From Candidatus Cloacimonadales bacterium (GTDB lineage Bacteria > Cloacimonadota > Cloacimonadia > Cloacimonadales > JAIOQZ01): 64,000 bases of DNA. The translations under genes were made by a program, and so were the position numbers. A model generated the notes under the pieces. The model ran no database searches. It saw only the letters and a program-made list of their open reading frames with translations, and was not told the DNA's origin. The stretch lies in the NCBI GenBank assembly GCA_963674825.1, contig OY771587.1, positions 3,136,001 through 3,200,000 on the forward strand, given 5' to 3'. This document shows, one piece after another, positions 19,127 through 27,196 of this stretch (within the stretch, counting starts at the first letter, position 1; each line of letters opens with the position of its first letter).

Positions 19127-19993
19127 ATGGAATTATCAGCAGAGTTATCCCAGGCCGTGGAAAAAATGCCGGCTTTTCCAAGTTCGATACAACAGATTAT
19201 CCGGATTACATCCGATGTCAATGCGGATGCAAAAGAGGTTGTGCGTATAATCCGGCATGACCCCGTGCTGACCATTAAGCTGCTTTCGCTGGTCAATTCG
19301 GCCTATTTTGGGCTACCGAATCGCGTCACGTCCATCCATCAGGCTTATATGCTGTTGGGATTGAACACCACGCGTAACCTGCTGCTCAGCATCTCCGCAA
19401 TTCGCGCTATACCAAACATCGATCATGTGCCTTTTCTGCAACGACAGGAATTCCTGCTGCATTCGCTATCGACAGCGCTTCTCTCTCGGATGATTGCCAA
19501 GCATAACAACTTCCCAAACAGTATTTTGGAGGACTATTTCATTGCCGGTTTGCTGCATGATTTCGGTAGGATCGTCATGACCATCGCCAATCCGGAGAAG
19601 TATGGTCAGGTTATCCAGCATACAGCGGAAACAGGGAGCTACATTCTACACAGCGAGCAGGCATTTTTCGGATTTTTCCACACTGAAGTTGGTTTCGCGC
19701 TGGCACGGCACTGGAACCTTTCGGAGCTGATTCAGCAAGCGCTTTTACGCCATCATGATCCGACAAGACTTGATAAACATGCTGTAGATATTCCATATAA
19801 AGCGATCGAGACAGTGTATTGCGCGAATATCCTCGCAGCGAAATCCGGAGATGGCTTCAGCGGTGACGTAGGACCGGCATTTATCGAAGAATCAAGTTTC
19901 AAGGACCTGCATCTCGATAATGAAACAGAATCAGATTTATTGCGGGATTTAAAAGAAGAACTGGACAAGGCGAAAATTATTCTTCAAATATGA
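19127..19993 (+). CDS. HDOD domain signal transduction protein
   Basis: MPAFP, DPVLTIKLLSLVNSAYFG, AGLLHDFG, HTEVG..LARHWNL, HH. Confidence 0.92.
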   Translation: MELSAELSQAVEKMPAFPSSIQQIIRITSDVNADAKEVVRIIRHDPVLTIKLLSLVNSAYFGLPNRVTSIHQAYMLLGLNTTRNLLLSISAIRAIPNIDHVPFLQRQEFLLHSLSTALLSRMIAKHNNFPNSILEDYFIAGLLHDFGRIVMTIANPEKYGQVIQHTAETGSYILHSEQAFFGFFHTEVGFALARHWNLSELIQQALLRHHDPTRLDKHAVDIPYKAIETVYCANILAAKSGDGFSGDVGPAFIEESSFKDLHLDNETESDLLRDLKEELDKAKIILQI

Positions 19994-20005
19994 CATGAGG
20001 TCAAG

Positions 20006-20896
20006 ATGAGAGTAAAATTTTGGGGTGTTCGCGGTACGATCCCGACACCGGGTCCTACAACAGTAAAATATGGCGGGAAGACGCTGTGCATCGAAGTAGA
20101 GACGGACGACGGACAGCTGATTATTCTTGATGCTGGAACAGGGATTCGGGATCTGGGTATGCAGCTTGCTCAACGAACGCCGCTCCATTGCTCTCTTTTC
20201 ATTTCTCACACTCATTGGGATCATATTCAAGGCATTCCGTTTTTTATCCCGCTGTTTCTAAAGGGAAACAAGATCGATATCTATGGCAGCTACGATCCCA
20301 TCCACGGGAAATCGTTCCGTCAGATTCTCGACGTGCTCATGCAGTTCGAATACTTCCCTGTGCGGTTCGATGAGCTGAAGTCCGAACGTCGTTTTCTCGA
20401 TCTCTCCATCAATCAGACACTTCGCATCGGAGATACCAGCATCACCACCTACCACATGAACCATCCCATCCTTGGGCTGGGCTACAAGATTGAATCGGGC
20501 GGGAAGACACTCTTCTACTCGGGTGACTACGAGCCGCCGACCAATATCTATTCGCCGGACGAATCGGAGTACATTGAGTACGAAGAGATGATTCGCGAAC
20601 AACACCGCAATCTGGTGGAGTTTCTCAGTGGTGTCGATGCCATGATCATGGATTCGACTTATACCGAGCAGGAGTATCAGACGCATGTGGGATGGGGACA
20701 CGGCACGTTCTCATCAAGCTATCAACTCGCCTGCGAGACGAATGCCAAGAGACTCGCCTTTTTCCACCACGACCCGGGCCGCACTGATGACCAGCTCGAT
20801 GAGATTCTCAAGCATATCGAAGAGCGTAAGCACCACGAAGGAAGGCACGACCTGATCCTTCAGATGGCGACCGAAAACGAGGAATTCTACATCTAA
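20006..20896 (+). CDS. Metallo-beta-lactamase-fold hydrolase (RNase Z/phosphodiesterase-like)
   Basis: FWGVRG, LDAGTG, SHTHWDH, HP, GDYE, GWGHG, FHHDP. Confidence 0.9.
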   Translation: MRVKFWGVRGTIPTPGPTTVKYGGKTLCIEVETDDGQLIILDAGTGIRDLGMQLAQRTPLHCSLFISHTHWDHIQGIPFFIPLFLKGNKIDIYGSYDPIHGKSFRQILDVLMQFEYFPVRFDELKSERRFLDLSINQTLRIGDTSITTYHMNHPILGLGYKIESGGKTLFYSGDYEPPTNIYSPDESEYIEYEEMIREQHRNLVEFLSGVDAMIMDSTYTEQEYQTHVGWGHGTFSSSYQLACETNAKRLAFFHHDPGRTDDQLDEILKHIEERKHHEGRHDLILQMATENEEFYI

Positions 20897-21981
20897 CCCC
20901 TTACAAGCGCGTCCTTTGGACAGATCGTTGTGCAATAACCGCAGTGGATACAATTCTCCGTGTACTGCGGGAAACCGTCAGGACCACCCACGATTCCGCC
21001 GTGAATACAACCCTTCACACACTTCCAGCAACGGATACAACGCGATGGTTCCAGCTTGAACGGCAGCGGCTCAAGATTCTCCTCGTGCTTCTGTTCGCGG
21101 TAGAGACCAACGATCTGGTTCACATCATCATAACCGTTCTCATCAAGCCATTTGGACATCTCGTCAGCAATCTTCTTGTAAATCGAATTGCCGTGCTCGA
21201 TTGCCGCGCTGCAAACCTGCACCGCGCATGCTCCAGCCATCATCATCTTAATCGCGTCGCTTCCGCTGTATATGCCGCCCACGCCTAATACCAGCTTTTC
21301 CGTAAGAGCGGCGAGTTCGTACACGATGCGTAGCGCCAGCGGGAAGATAGCCTTGCCGGAAATCCAGCCGTAGCCGTCTTTGCTGCCGAGATAGGGTATG
21401 CGGGTCTTGGGATCGAAGTCGAGTCCCGGGCCGAGGCTGTTGACTGCCACATATCCATCGACGATGGGATCGAGGGCTTTGACCAGGCCGGGAATATCGG
21501 GGAACCCGGGGGAAATTTTCGCCATGATGGGTTTGTCGACAGCGTTCTTGAGCGCCTTAGCCGAATCGATAACCGGCGTGTAGTCTTTGCCCAGATAGTG
21601 GATGGAGAACTCGAACGCGTCCACGCAACCGGTGGCGTTGACGCGAGGTCCGAGCTCCGCAAGCTCTTCAGCGGTGTAGCCAAGACCGGCGATCTGCATC
21701 AGACCGGTTTCTTTGGCGATAGCGTATTCCTTCTCGATGTACTGCTCCACCGGGAGTTCCGACCACAGTTCCGCGTTCATCAGCGAATCCTTGCACACCG
21801 AAGCGATGTTTGGGTAGGGTACAGGAGCCGGTACGACGGAGACGGTCTTCATGACCAGCGCGCCCACGCCTTTCTCAGCGGCGTCCTTGAGCAGCGCTCC
21901 GGTACGGCAGTTTGGCCCTGCGGCGGGCATTACGGGATTGCGGATGGTGTGTCCGAAAAGCTTAACTTCCATTTTAGCCAT
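20893..21981 (-). CDS. Dihydroorotate/dihydropyrimidine dehydrogenase-family flavoprotein with C-terminal 2x[4Fe-4S] (PreA-like)
   Basis: NPVMPAAGP, KT, AKISP, GWISG, GVGGI, AGACAVQVCSA; two CxxCxxCxxxC motifs. Confidence 0.82.
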   Translation of the reverse strand: MAKMEVKLFGHTIRNPVMPAAGPNCRTGALLKDAAEKGVGALVMKTVSVVPAPVPYPNIASVCKDSLMNAELWSELPVEQYIEKEYAIAKETGLMQIAGLGYTAEELAELGPRVNATGCVDAFEFSIHYLGKDYTPVIDSAKALKNAVDKPIMAKISPGFPDIPGLVKALDPIVDGYVAVNSLGPGLDFDPKTRIPYLGSKDGYGWISGKAIFPLALRIVYELAALTEKLVLGVGGIYSGSDAIKMMMAGACAVQVCSAAIEHGNSIYKKIADEMSKWLDENGYDDVNQIVGLYREQKHEENLEPLPFKLEPSRCIRCWKCVKGCIHGGIVGGPDGFPQYTENCIHCGYCTTICPKDALVRG

Positions 21982-22816
21982 TGGTTACGTCCTCGATGTG
22001 TCTGATGAGCAGGTTGAAAAAGACTTCGAACCGGTAGTCGCTATCCGAGCGAAGGTCCGAGATCGGTGTGATTTCGTTGGAAAGGGTTTCGCGCAGGATT
22101 GCATCTGATATCTCGTCACGGCGTTTTCCTGTGAGCAATGATTCGGTCTGTGGCAATCTGCGAGCGTATTCGTTGAGGCTTCCGGCTGCGATACTGATCG
22201 ACTCGATGCGGTCGCTGTTCCATTTGCTGAGGATTGCGATGGAAGCCTTGGATATGGTGAGAGACTTGCGTGAGGCCACCTTTTTGTAGAAGAATTTTCT
22301 GCCTTGCTGTGCGTCCTGATCAATTAGAACCCGGTAGATGATCTCGCCTCGCTCCAGCAGATTCTTTTTATAGCCGTAGTAGAAGTCATTACCCGCCACG
22401 GTGCGAACGCCATCCGCCGAAAGGAGTTCCAGCTTCGCGTCGCATACGAGCAGCAACGGGATCACATCTGCGGTAGGTGAGCCATTGGCGATGTTACCAC
22501 CGATTGTCGCGGTGCTCTGTAAGAGGGGAGAGGCGAAGTTTTGCAGCGCTGTTTGCAGCATGGGAAGATGCTTACCGATGATCGGTGATTCGAGCATCTC
22601 CATGAAGGTCGCGGTCGCGCCAATGGAGATAAAGCCATCTTGCAGGGCGATTTCACGCATTTCCGGGATGCGATTGATGAAGACGATCTCCGATGGTTGA
22701 AGGATCCCCTTGCGAATCTGCACGTTGAGGTCTGTGCCGCCTGCGAGGAAGAAGGTTTCCGGCTCGATGTGGGCAAGGTGCGATTTCAACTCGGCGAGGT
22801 TTTGCGGAACGATCAT
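21974..22816 (-). CDS. Xanthine dehydrogenase-family FAD-binding subunit
   Basis: LAGGTDL, ATIGGNIANGSPTAD, PISDLRSDSDYR. Confidence 0.93.
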   Translation of the reverse strand: MIVPQNLAELKSHLAHIEPETFFLAGGTDLNVQIRKGILQPSEIVFINRIPEMREIALQDGFISIGATATFMEMLESPIIGKHLPMLQTALQNFASPLLQSTATIGGNIANGSPTADVIPLLLVCDAKLELLSADGVRTVAGNDFYYGYKKNLLERGEIIYRVLIDQDAQQGRKFFYKKVASRKSLTISKASIAILSKWNSDRIESISIAAGSLNEYARRLPQTESLLTGKRRDEISDAILRETLSNEITPISDLRSDSDYRFEVFFNLLIRHIEDVTNG

Positions 22817-23283
22817 GACTGACCTCCCACCAATTCGCAGGCCATCATGACGGCCTCAAAGATCTTCGTATAGCCGGTGCAACGGCAGATGTTACCGGAA
22901 AGCGCGCGCTTGATTTTCTCCAGATCCGGCTCGCCGTCGTGAATCAGGTAATAGTAGGATGAGACGACGAATCCCGGGAAGCAGAAGCCGCATTGGACGG
23001 CGTTGGTTTTATCGTAGCAGGCGATCAGCTTCTGACCGATCTCGGTCTCGGAAACACCTTCGACAGTCACGACCTCTGCGCTTTCGAGTTGTACAGCGTT
23101 CACCAGGCAACTGGTGACGGGTTTGCCATTCAGCAGCACCGTGCAGGCACCGCATTCGCCTTCACCGCAGCCTTCCTTCGTACCGGTGAGGTTGAAATCT
23201 TCACGGATGATGTCGAGTAATCGACGCATAGGATCGACGTCGATCATGACCGGTTTTTCGTTTAATTTGAATGCTATTTTCAC
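22813..23283 (-). CDS. Xanthine dehydrogenase-family [2Fe-2S] subunit
   Basis: GTKEGCGEGECGACTV, QCGFCFPG, GNICRCTGY. Confidence 0.95.
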   Translation of the reverse strand: MKIAFKLNEKPVMIDVDPMRRLLDIIREDFNLTGTKEGCGEGECGACTVLLNGKPVTSCLVNAVQLESAEVVTVEGVSETEIGQKLIACYDKTNAVQCGFCFPGFVVSSYYYLIHDGEPDLEKIKRALSGNICRCTGYTKIFEAVMMACELVGGQS

Positions 23284-25418
23284 TATTCCTCCCGAAAGAT
23301 CCGTTCTGGAATCAGCGGAATTTCGTTAATTGATTTGCCCGACGCATTCAGAAAAGCATTGCGTAGCGCCGCAGCAGGGAAGTCCATGGGAATTTCGCCC
23401 AGTCCCTTTGCGACGGTGGAATTGGTGTGGATGAATTCCACCACAAATTCGGGTGCGTCCAGCGAGGTGGGCAGAACGTAATCGGTAAATCCGTTCATGC
23501 GTCCCATACCCTCCTTCTCGAAGTACTCGGAGAGCCCCCAGAAGATGCCTTGCGTGATGCCGCCGATCGCTTGTCCGATGGCGACATCGTGGTTAATCAC
23601 CTTGCCGATGTCCAGGACGGCCCAGACCTTCACAGGCTCGACGGTCCAGGTGTCGGGATCGTACGCGATTTCGATGGCGCACGCAGCCCAGCTATAGTCT
23701 TTGTAGCCGGTGCCTTTGTAGGTTTCTTCGTCAAACACGACCGATTCGTCCGGCGTGAAGTGAGCGCGTCTTTCCATGGGGAATTCGGCTGGATGCTGTC
23801 TGATGTACTCTTCGAGCGATGTGTCGCCGATTTCGGCGCGAATCTCTCTCGCAAGCTTGCGCAGCAGATTGCCGATGATGTAGATGGTTCGCGAGGCGAC
23901 GGTTGGCCCGCTATTGGGCGCTTTCGAGGTGTCGGGGAACATATAGATCGTCTTTTCGAGCGGGTGTCCGAGTTCTTCCGCGACGCATTGCGCCAGCGTT
24001 GTCTGCACGCCTTGTCCCATTTCGGTATTGATTACGTAAATTTTTACGGTGGCGTCTTTTTCGATCACAACTTTAATTTCCGACTTTAACACCTTCTCAC
24101 CGTTACCCGTGTAGCCACCGCCATGCAATGCCAGCGAAAGCCCGATGCCCTTTTTCAGGCGATGGGTGCTGTTATACGCGGCGAAATCTTTTGCTTTTGC
24201 TTCGTAGTCGGAGAGATCGAGTAATCTTTCCAGCGTGTCATGGATATGGTTTTCAGGCACAGGCTGGGTTGTCGGCATTTTATCGCCGGATTTGAAGAGG
24301 TTTCTGCGGCGGAACTCGAGCGGATTGAGCCCCACTTTCTTCGCCAGGTCATCCATGTGCGATTCGATAGCGAAGAGCGACTGCGGCGCTCCGAATCCAC
24401 GGAATGCGCCGTTGGGCGGTGTGTTGCTGCGGATCAGCCTACCGTGGACATAGATATCGTCGCACTTATAGCAACCACCCGCATGCAGGACACCGCGAGC
24501 CAGAACCACCGGTGAAAGCGTCTGGTAAAATCCCGCGTCCAGCCGGTAATCTACCGAGAGCTTGCGCAGGGTGAAGTCGTTGGGATCAAGCCACGATTCG
24601 ATCTCGGTACGCGAGGGATGCCGCTTGGTCGTCACCTGAATATCGACAGCACGGTCGAGGATGGTTTTGACCGGTTTGCCCGAGCGATAGCTGAGCAGGG
24701 CTGTAACTCCCGCGATAATATTCGGGAAGTCTTCTTTGCCTCCAAATGCGCCCCCGATTCCTTCGGCAACCTGTACGATTGTCCCTTCTATCTTGCTGCC
24801 CATGATCTGATCAACAGCCGATTTGACGAAGTAGGGACATTGCATGGTGCCACGGATATTCATGATGCGGGTCTCAGCATCGAAACGGGCGATCATGCCC
24901 TGGGGCTCGAGGTAGGCCTGCTCCTGGTGTGGGGTGTAATAGACGGAGCGTGTGTGAATCCACATCGGATCAATGTCGTGATGCGTGCCGTGGTCGATTA
25001 CGATTTCGCGACCAAAAGCGTTATGGGCGTCGTCCAGCGCAGCTTTTGTCGCGGTCAGCGCTGGGAATTCGTCTACCTCGATTTTAATGCCTTCGACGAA
25101 GCTTCGTACCGTCTCGCGATCGGGATGCGCCACGCCGAGGATGGGCTGGCCTTTGTAGCCGATATGCTGCTCGACGAGAAAAAGTTGATCTGAAACCGGC
25201 TCGGGGACGATGTTTTCACCTGGTATGTCGCCAGAAAAGACGAGGGTGAATTCGGTAAGATCGAACGCGGTGGGGAAGATGATCTTGTTAATTTTACCCG
25301 CATGCACCGGCGAAAAGAAGATCGCGCCTTCAAGCATGCCATCTTCGCGATAATCGTCAATGTATTTCGTTATGCCGGTGAGCTTTGCGTGAGAATCTAC
25401 TCGTATTGGACTTTTCAT
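23283..25418 (-). CDS. Xanthine dehydrogenase-family molybdopterin-binding subunit
   Basis: QAYLEP, GGAFGGKE, AFRGFGAPQ, TEMGQG, GPTVASR, KGLGE. Start at MKSPIR after GAGGT. Confidence 0.93.
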   Translation of the reverse strand: MKSPIRVDSHAKLTGITKYIDDYREDGMLEGAIFFSPVHAGKINKIIFPTAFDLTEFTLVFSGDIPGENIVPEPVSDQLFLVEQHIGYKGQPILGVAHPDRETVRSFVEGIKIEVDEFPALTATKAALDDAHNAFGREIVIDHGTHHDIDPMWIHTRSVYYTPHQEQAYLEPQGMIARFDAETRIMNIRGTMQCPYFVKSAVDQIMGSKIEGTIVQVAEGIGGAFGGKEDFPNIIAGVTALLSYRSGKPVKTILDRAVDIQVTTKRHPSRTEIESWLDPNDFTLRKLSVDYRLDAGFYQTLSPVVLARGVLHAGGCYKCDDIYVHGRLIRSNTPPNGAFRGFGAPQSLFAIESHMDDLAKKVGLNPLEFRRRNLFKSGDKMPTTQPVPENHIHDTLERLLDLSDYEAKAKDFAAYNSTHRLKKGIGLSLALHGGGYTGNGEKVLKSEIKVVIEKDATVKIYVINTEMGQGVQTTLAQCVAEELGHPLEKTIYMFPDTSKAPNSGPTVASRTIYIIGNLLRKLAREIRAEIGDTSLEEYIRQHPAEFPMERRAHFTPDESVVFDEETYKGTGYKDYSWAACAIEIAYDPDTWTVEPVKVWAVLDIGKVINHDVAIGQAIGGITQGIFWGLSEYFEKEGMGRMNGFTDYVLPTSLDAPEFVVEFIHTNSTVAKGLGEIPMDFPAAALRNAFLNASGKSINEIPLIPERIFREE

Positions 25419-25484
25419 ATTTACCTCAACCATCTTGAGGGATGGCAATTTATTAAACTCAACCAACAATCTTGGTAAATGCGA

Positions 25485-26645
25485 TCAAATAAGGCAAGAA
25501 CTTTCGATATCTGGCCGCACCGCCGGGGGGATTTCGTAGCTTGCAGCGAAGGCTGAAGGATCTTTCAAGCCGCAGCCGGTATTGAGCACAACTGGGGTCT
25601 CGCCCGTGTCTTTTTGCTTCAAGAATCCCGCAAAAGCCGCTGCTGCCGCAGGTTCGCTGAATATGCCGTAGTCCCGCGCGAGAATTCTCATCGCATCGCG
25701 GATCTCGTCATCGGTGACGGCGATGGTGTTGCCATTGTACTTGCGGAGTAAGTCGCGTGTCATGTAAAAATTCCGTGGATAATCGACGCTGATGGAGTCG
25801 GCGAAGGTGGTAGCGCGTTGCATCTGGAAACCCTTGGTAAAGAGGTTGCGGATTAGGTTGTCGCTCTGCAAAGATTGCACGGCGTGGATGCGCGGCATGG
25901 CCGGGATAAGACCTGCCAGCATGAGGTCTTCGAAACCGCGGTAGATTCCCGCGATAATAACGCCGTCGCCTACCGGAACGAATACATCACTGGGTGCCTG
26001 GCCCGAGAAATCAGCGTAAAGCTCGAATGCGCAGGTCTTTTTACCCTCGATGGTCAGCGGATTCCAGGCGGTGTTGCGATTGAACCATCCTTGCTCCTCG
26101 CAGGCTCTGGCACAGAGATCGAAGGCATCGTCGTAGGTACCGTCCACAGGGATGAGTTTCGCACCATAGGCGAGGATTTGCAGGAGCTTGTTTTTGGGCG
26201 CTTTCGCTGGTGCGAAGACAATGGCTTTCTGCCCGTTGGAGGCTGCGATACCGGCCAGAGAGCTCCCCGCGTTGCCTGTGGAGGCTGCTGCGATCACTTC
26301 GTAACCTTTTTCGGCCGCGAAGGCACAAACGATATCCGACGCGCGATCCTTGTAAGAGAAGGTGGGATTGCGTGAGTCGTCCTTAAGGTAGAATGCCTTG
26401 CCGCGCGAAAGCTTATAGAGCGGTGTGTTGCCGACATTAAGCGGTGATAGATGCCGGTATGACTCGATGGGCAGAAAAGGCAGGAACCTATCGGCGATCA
26501 GGGTGTCCGGATCGTATGCCTGACTGGTGTAGTCGTACACGACTTTCAAGATTCCTTTGGGTGGATTTTCGTCAGTGGCGCACTTCGGGCAACGATAGAG
26601 AAATTCATTGTATTCAGCGCCACATGTTGTGCATTGGTATTTCAT
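25485..26645 (-). CDS. Threonine synthase-like PLP-dependent enzyme with N-terminal Zn ribbon
   Basis: CxxC..CPKC, GNTPL, NPTFSYKDR, ASTGNAG, EGKKT, PVGDG, EPAAAAA, TGCGLKD. True start is M137 of the track ORF. Confidence 0.85.
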   Translation of the reverse strand: MKYQCTTCGAEYNEFLYRCPKCATDENPPKGILKVVYDYTSQAYDPDTLIADRFLPFLPIESYRHLSPLNVGNTPLYKLSRGKAFYLKDDSRNPTFSYKDRASDIVCAFAAEKGYEVIAAASTGNAGSSLAGIAASNGQKAIVFAPAKAPKNKLLQILAYGAKLIPVDGTYDDAFDLCARACEEQGWFNRNTAWNPLTIEGKKTCAFELYADFSGQAPSDVFVPVGDGVIIAGIYRGFEDLMLAGLIPAMPRIHAVQSLQSDNLIRNLFTKGFQMQRATTFADSISVDYPRNFYMTRDLLRKYNGNTIAVTDDEIRDAMRILARDYGIFSEPAAAAAFAGFLKQKDTGETPVVLNTGCGLKDPSAFAASYEIPPAVRPDIESSCLI

Positions 26646-26686
26646 AAGAGCTCCATGTTGCCCCATGACATAGGGATAAGGGGAGA

Positions 26687-27196
26687 TTAGACTGTTAGAA
26701 ATCGATTGTATGCTTCGAATGTAATCTGATCGAAGCATACCAGGATCACCTTCTCGATATCGGGATGGTCTTTGAGCGCGTCCCTGATGGCATTGATGGC
26801 GATTTCGGTGGCACGTTCGAGCGGAAAACCGTACGCTCCTGTGCTGATCGCCGGGAAAGCAATCGACTTCAGGTTGTGGCCGGATGCGACGCGAATGCTC
26901 TCCGTGTAACAGCTTCGTAGCAGTTCGTCCTCGTTGTGTTCGCCGCCGCGCCAGATGGGTCCGACCGTGTGAATAATGTATTTCGCCGGCAGCTTGAATC
27001 CGGGTGTGAGCTTGGCCATGCCTGTCTTGCAGCCTCCGAGTTTTCGTGTGCATTCCAGGAGTTCTTTACCGGCGCAACGGTGAATCGCGCCATCCACGCC
27101 GCCACCGCCCAAGAGGGATGTGTTGGCCGCGTTGACTATCGCGTCCGTGGCATAGCGGGTGATATCACCCTGTTGTACCTCGATCTTGCTAATCAT
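26687..27196 (-). CDS. Macrodomain O-acetyl-ADP-ribose deacetylase (YmdB-like)
   Basis: GDIT, AIVNAAN, GGGGVDGAIH, IHTVGP, FPAISTGAYGFP. Confidence 0.93.
   Translation of the reverse strand: MISKIEVQQGDITRYATDAIVNAANTSLLGGGGVDGAIHRCAGKELLECTRKLGGCKTGMAKLTPGFKLPAKYIIHTVGPIWRGGEHNEDELLRSCYTESIRVASGHNLKSIAFPAISTGAYGFPLERATEIAINAIRDALKDHPDIEKVILVCFDQITFEAYNRFLTV

Noticed and set aside
26646..27053. 136-aa N-terminal extension of the threonine-synthase-like ORF
   Set aside because: It overlaps the macrodomain gene in another frame; family similarity begins at MKYQC (26645).
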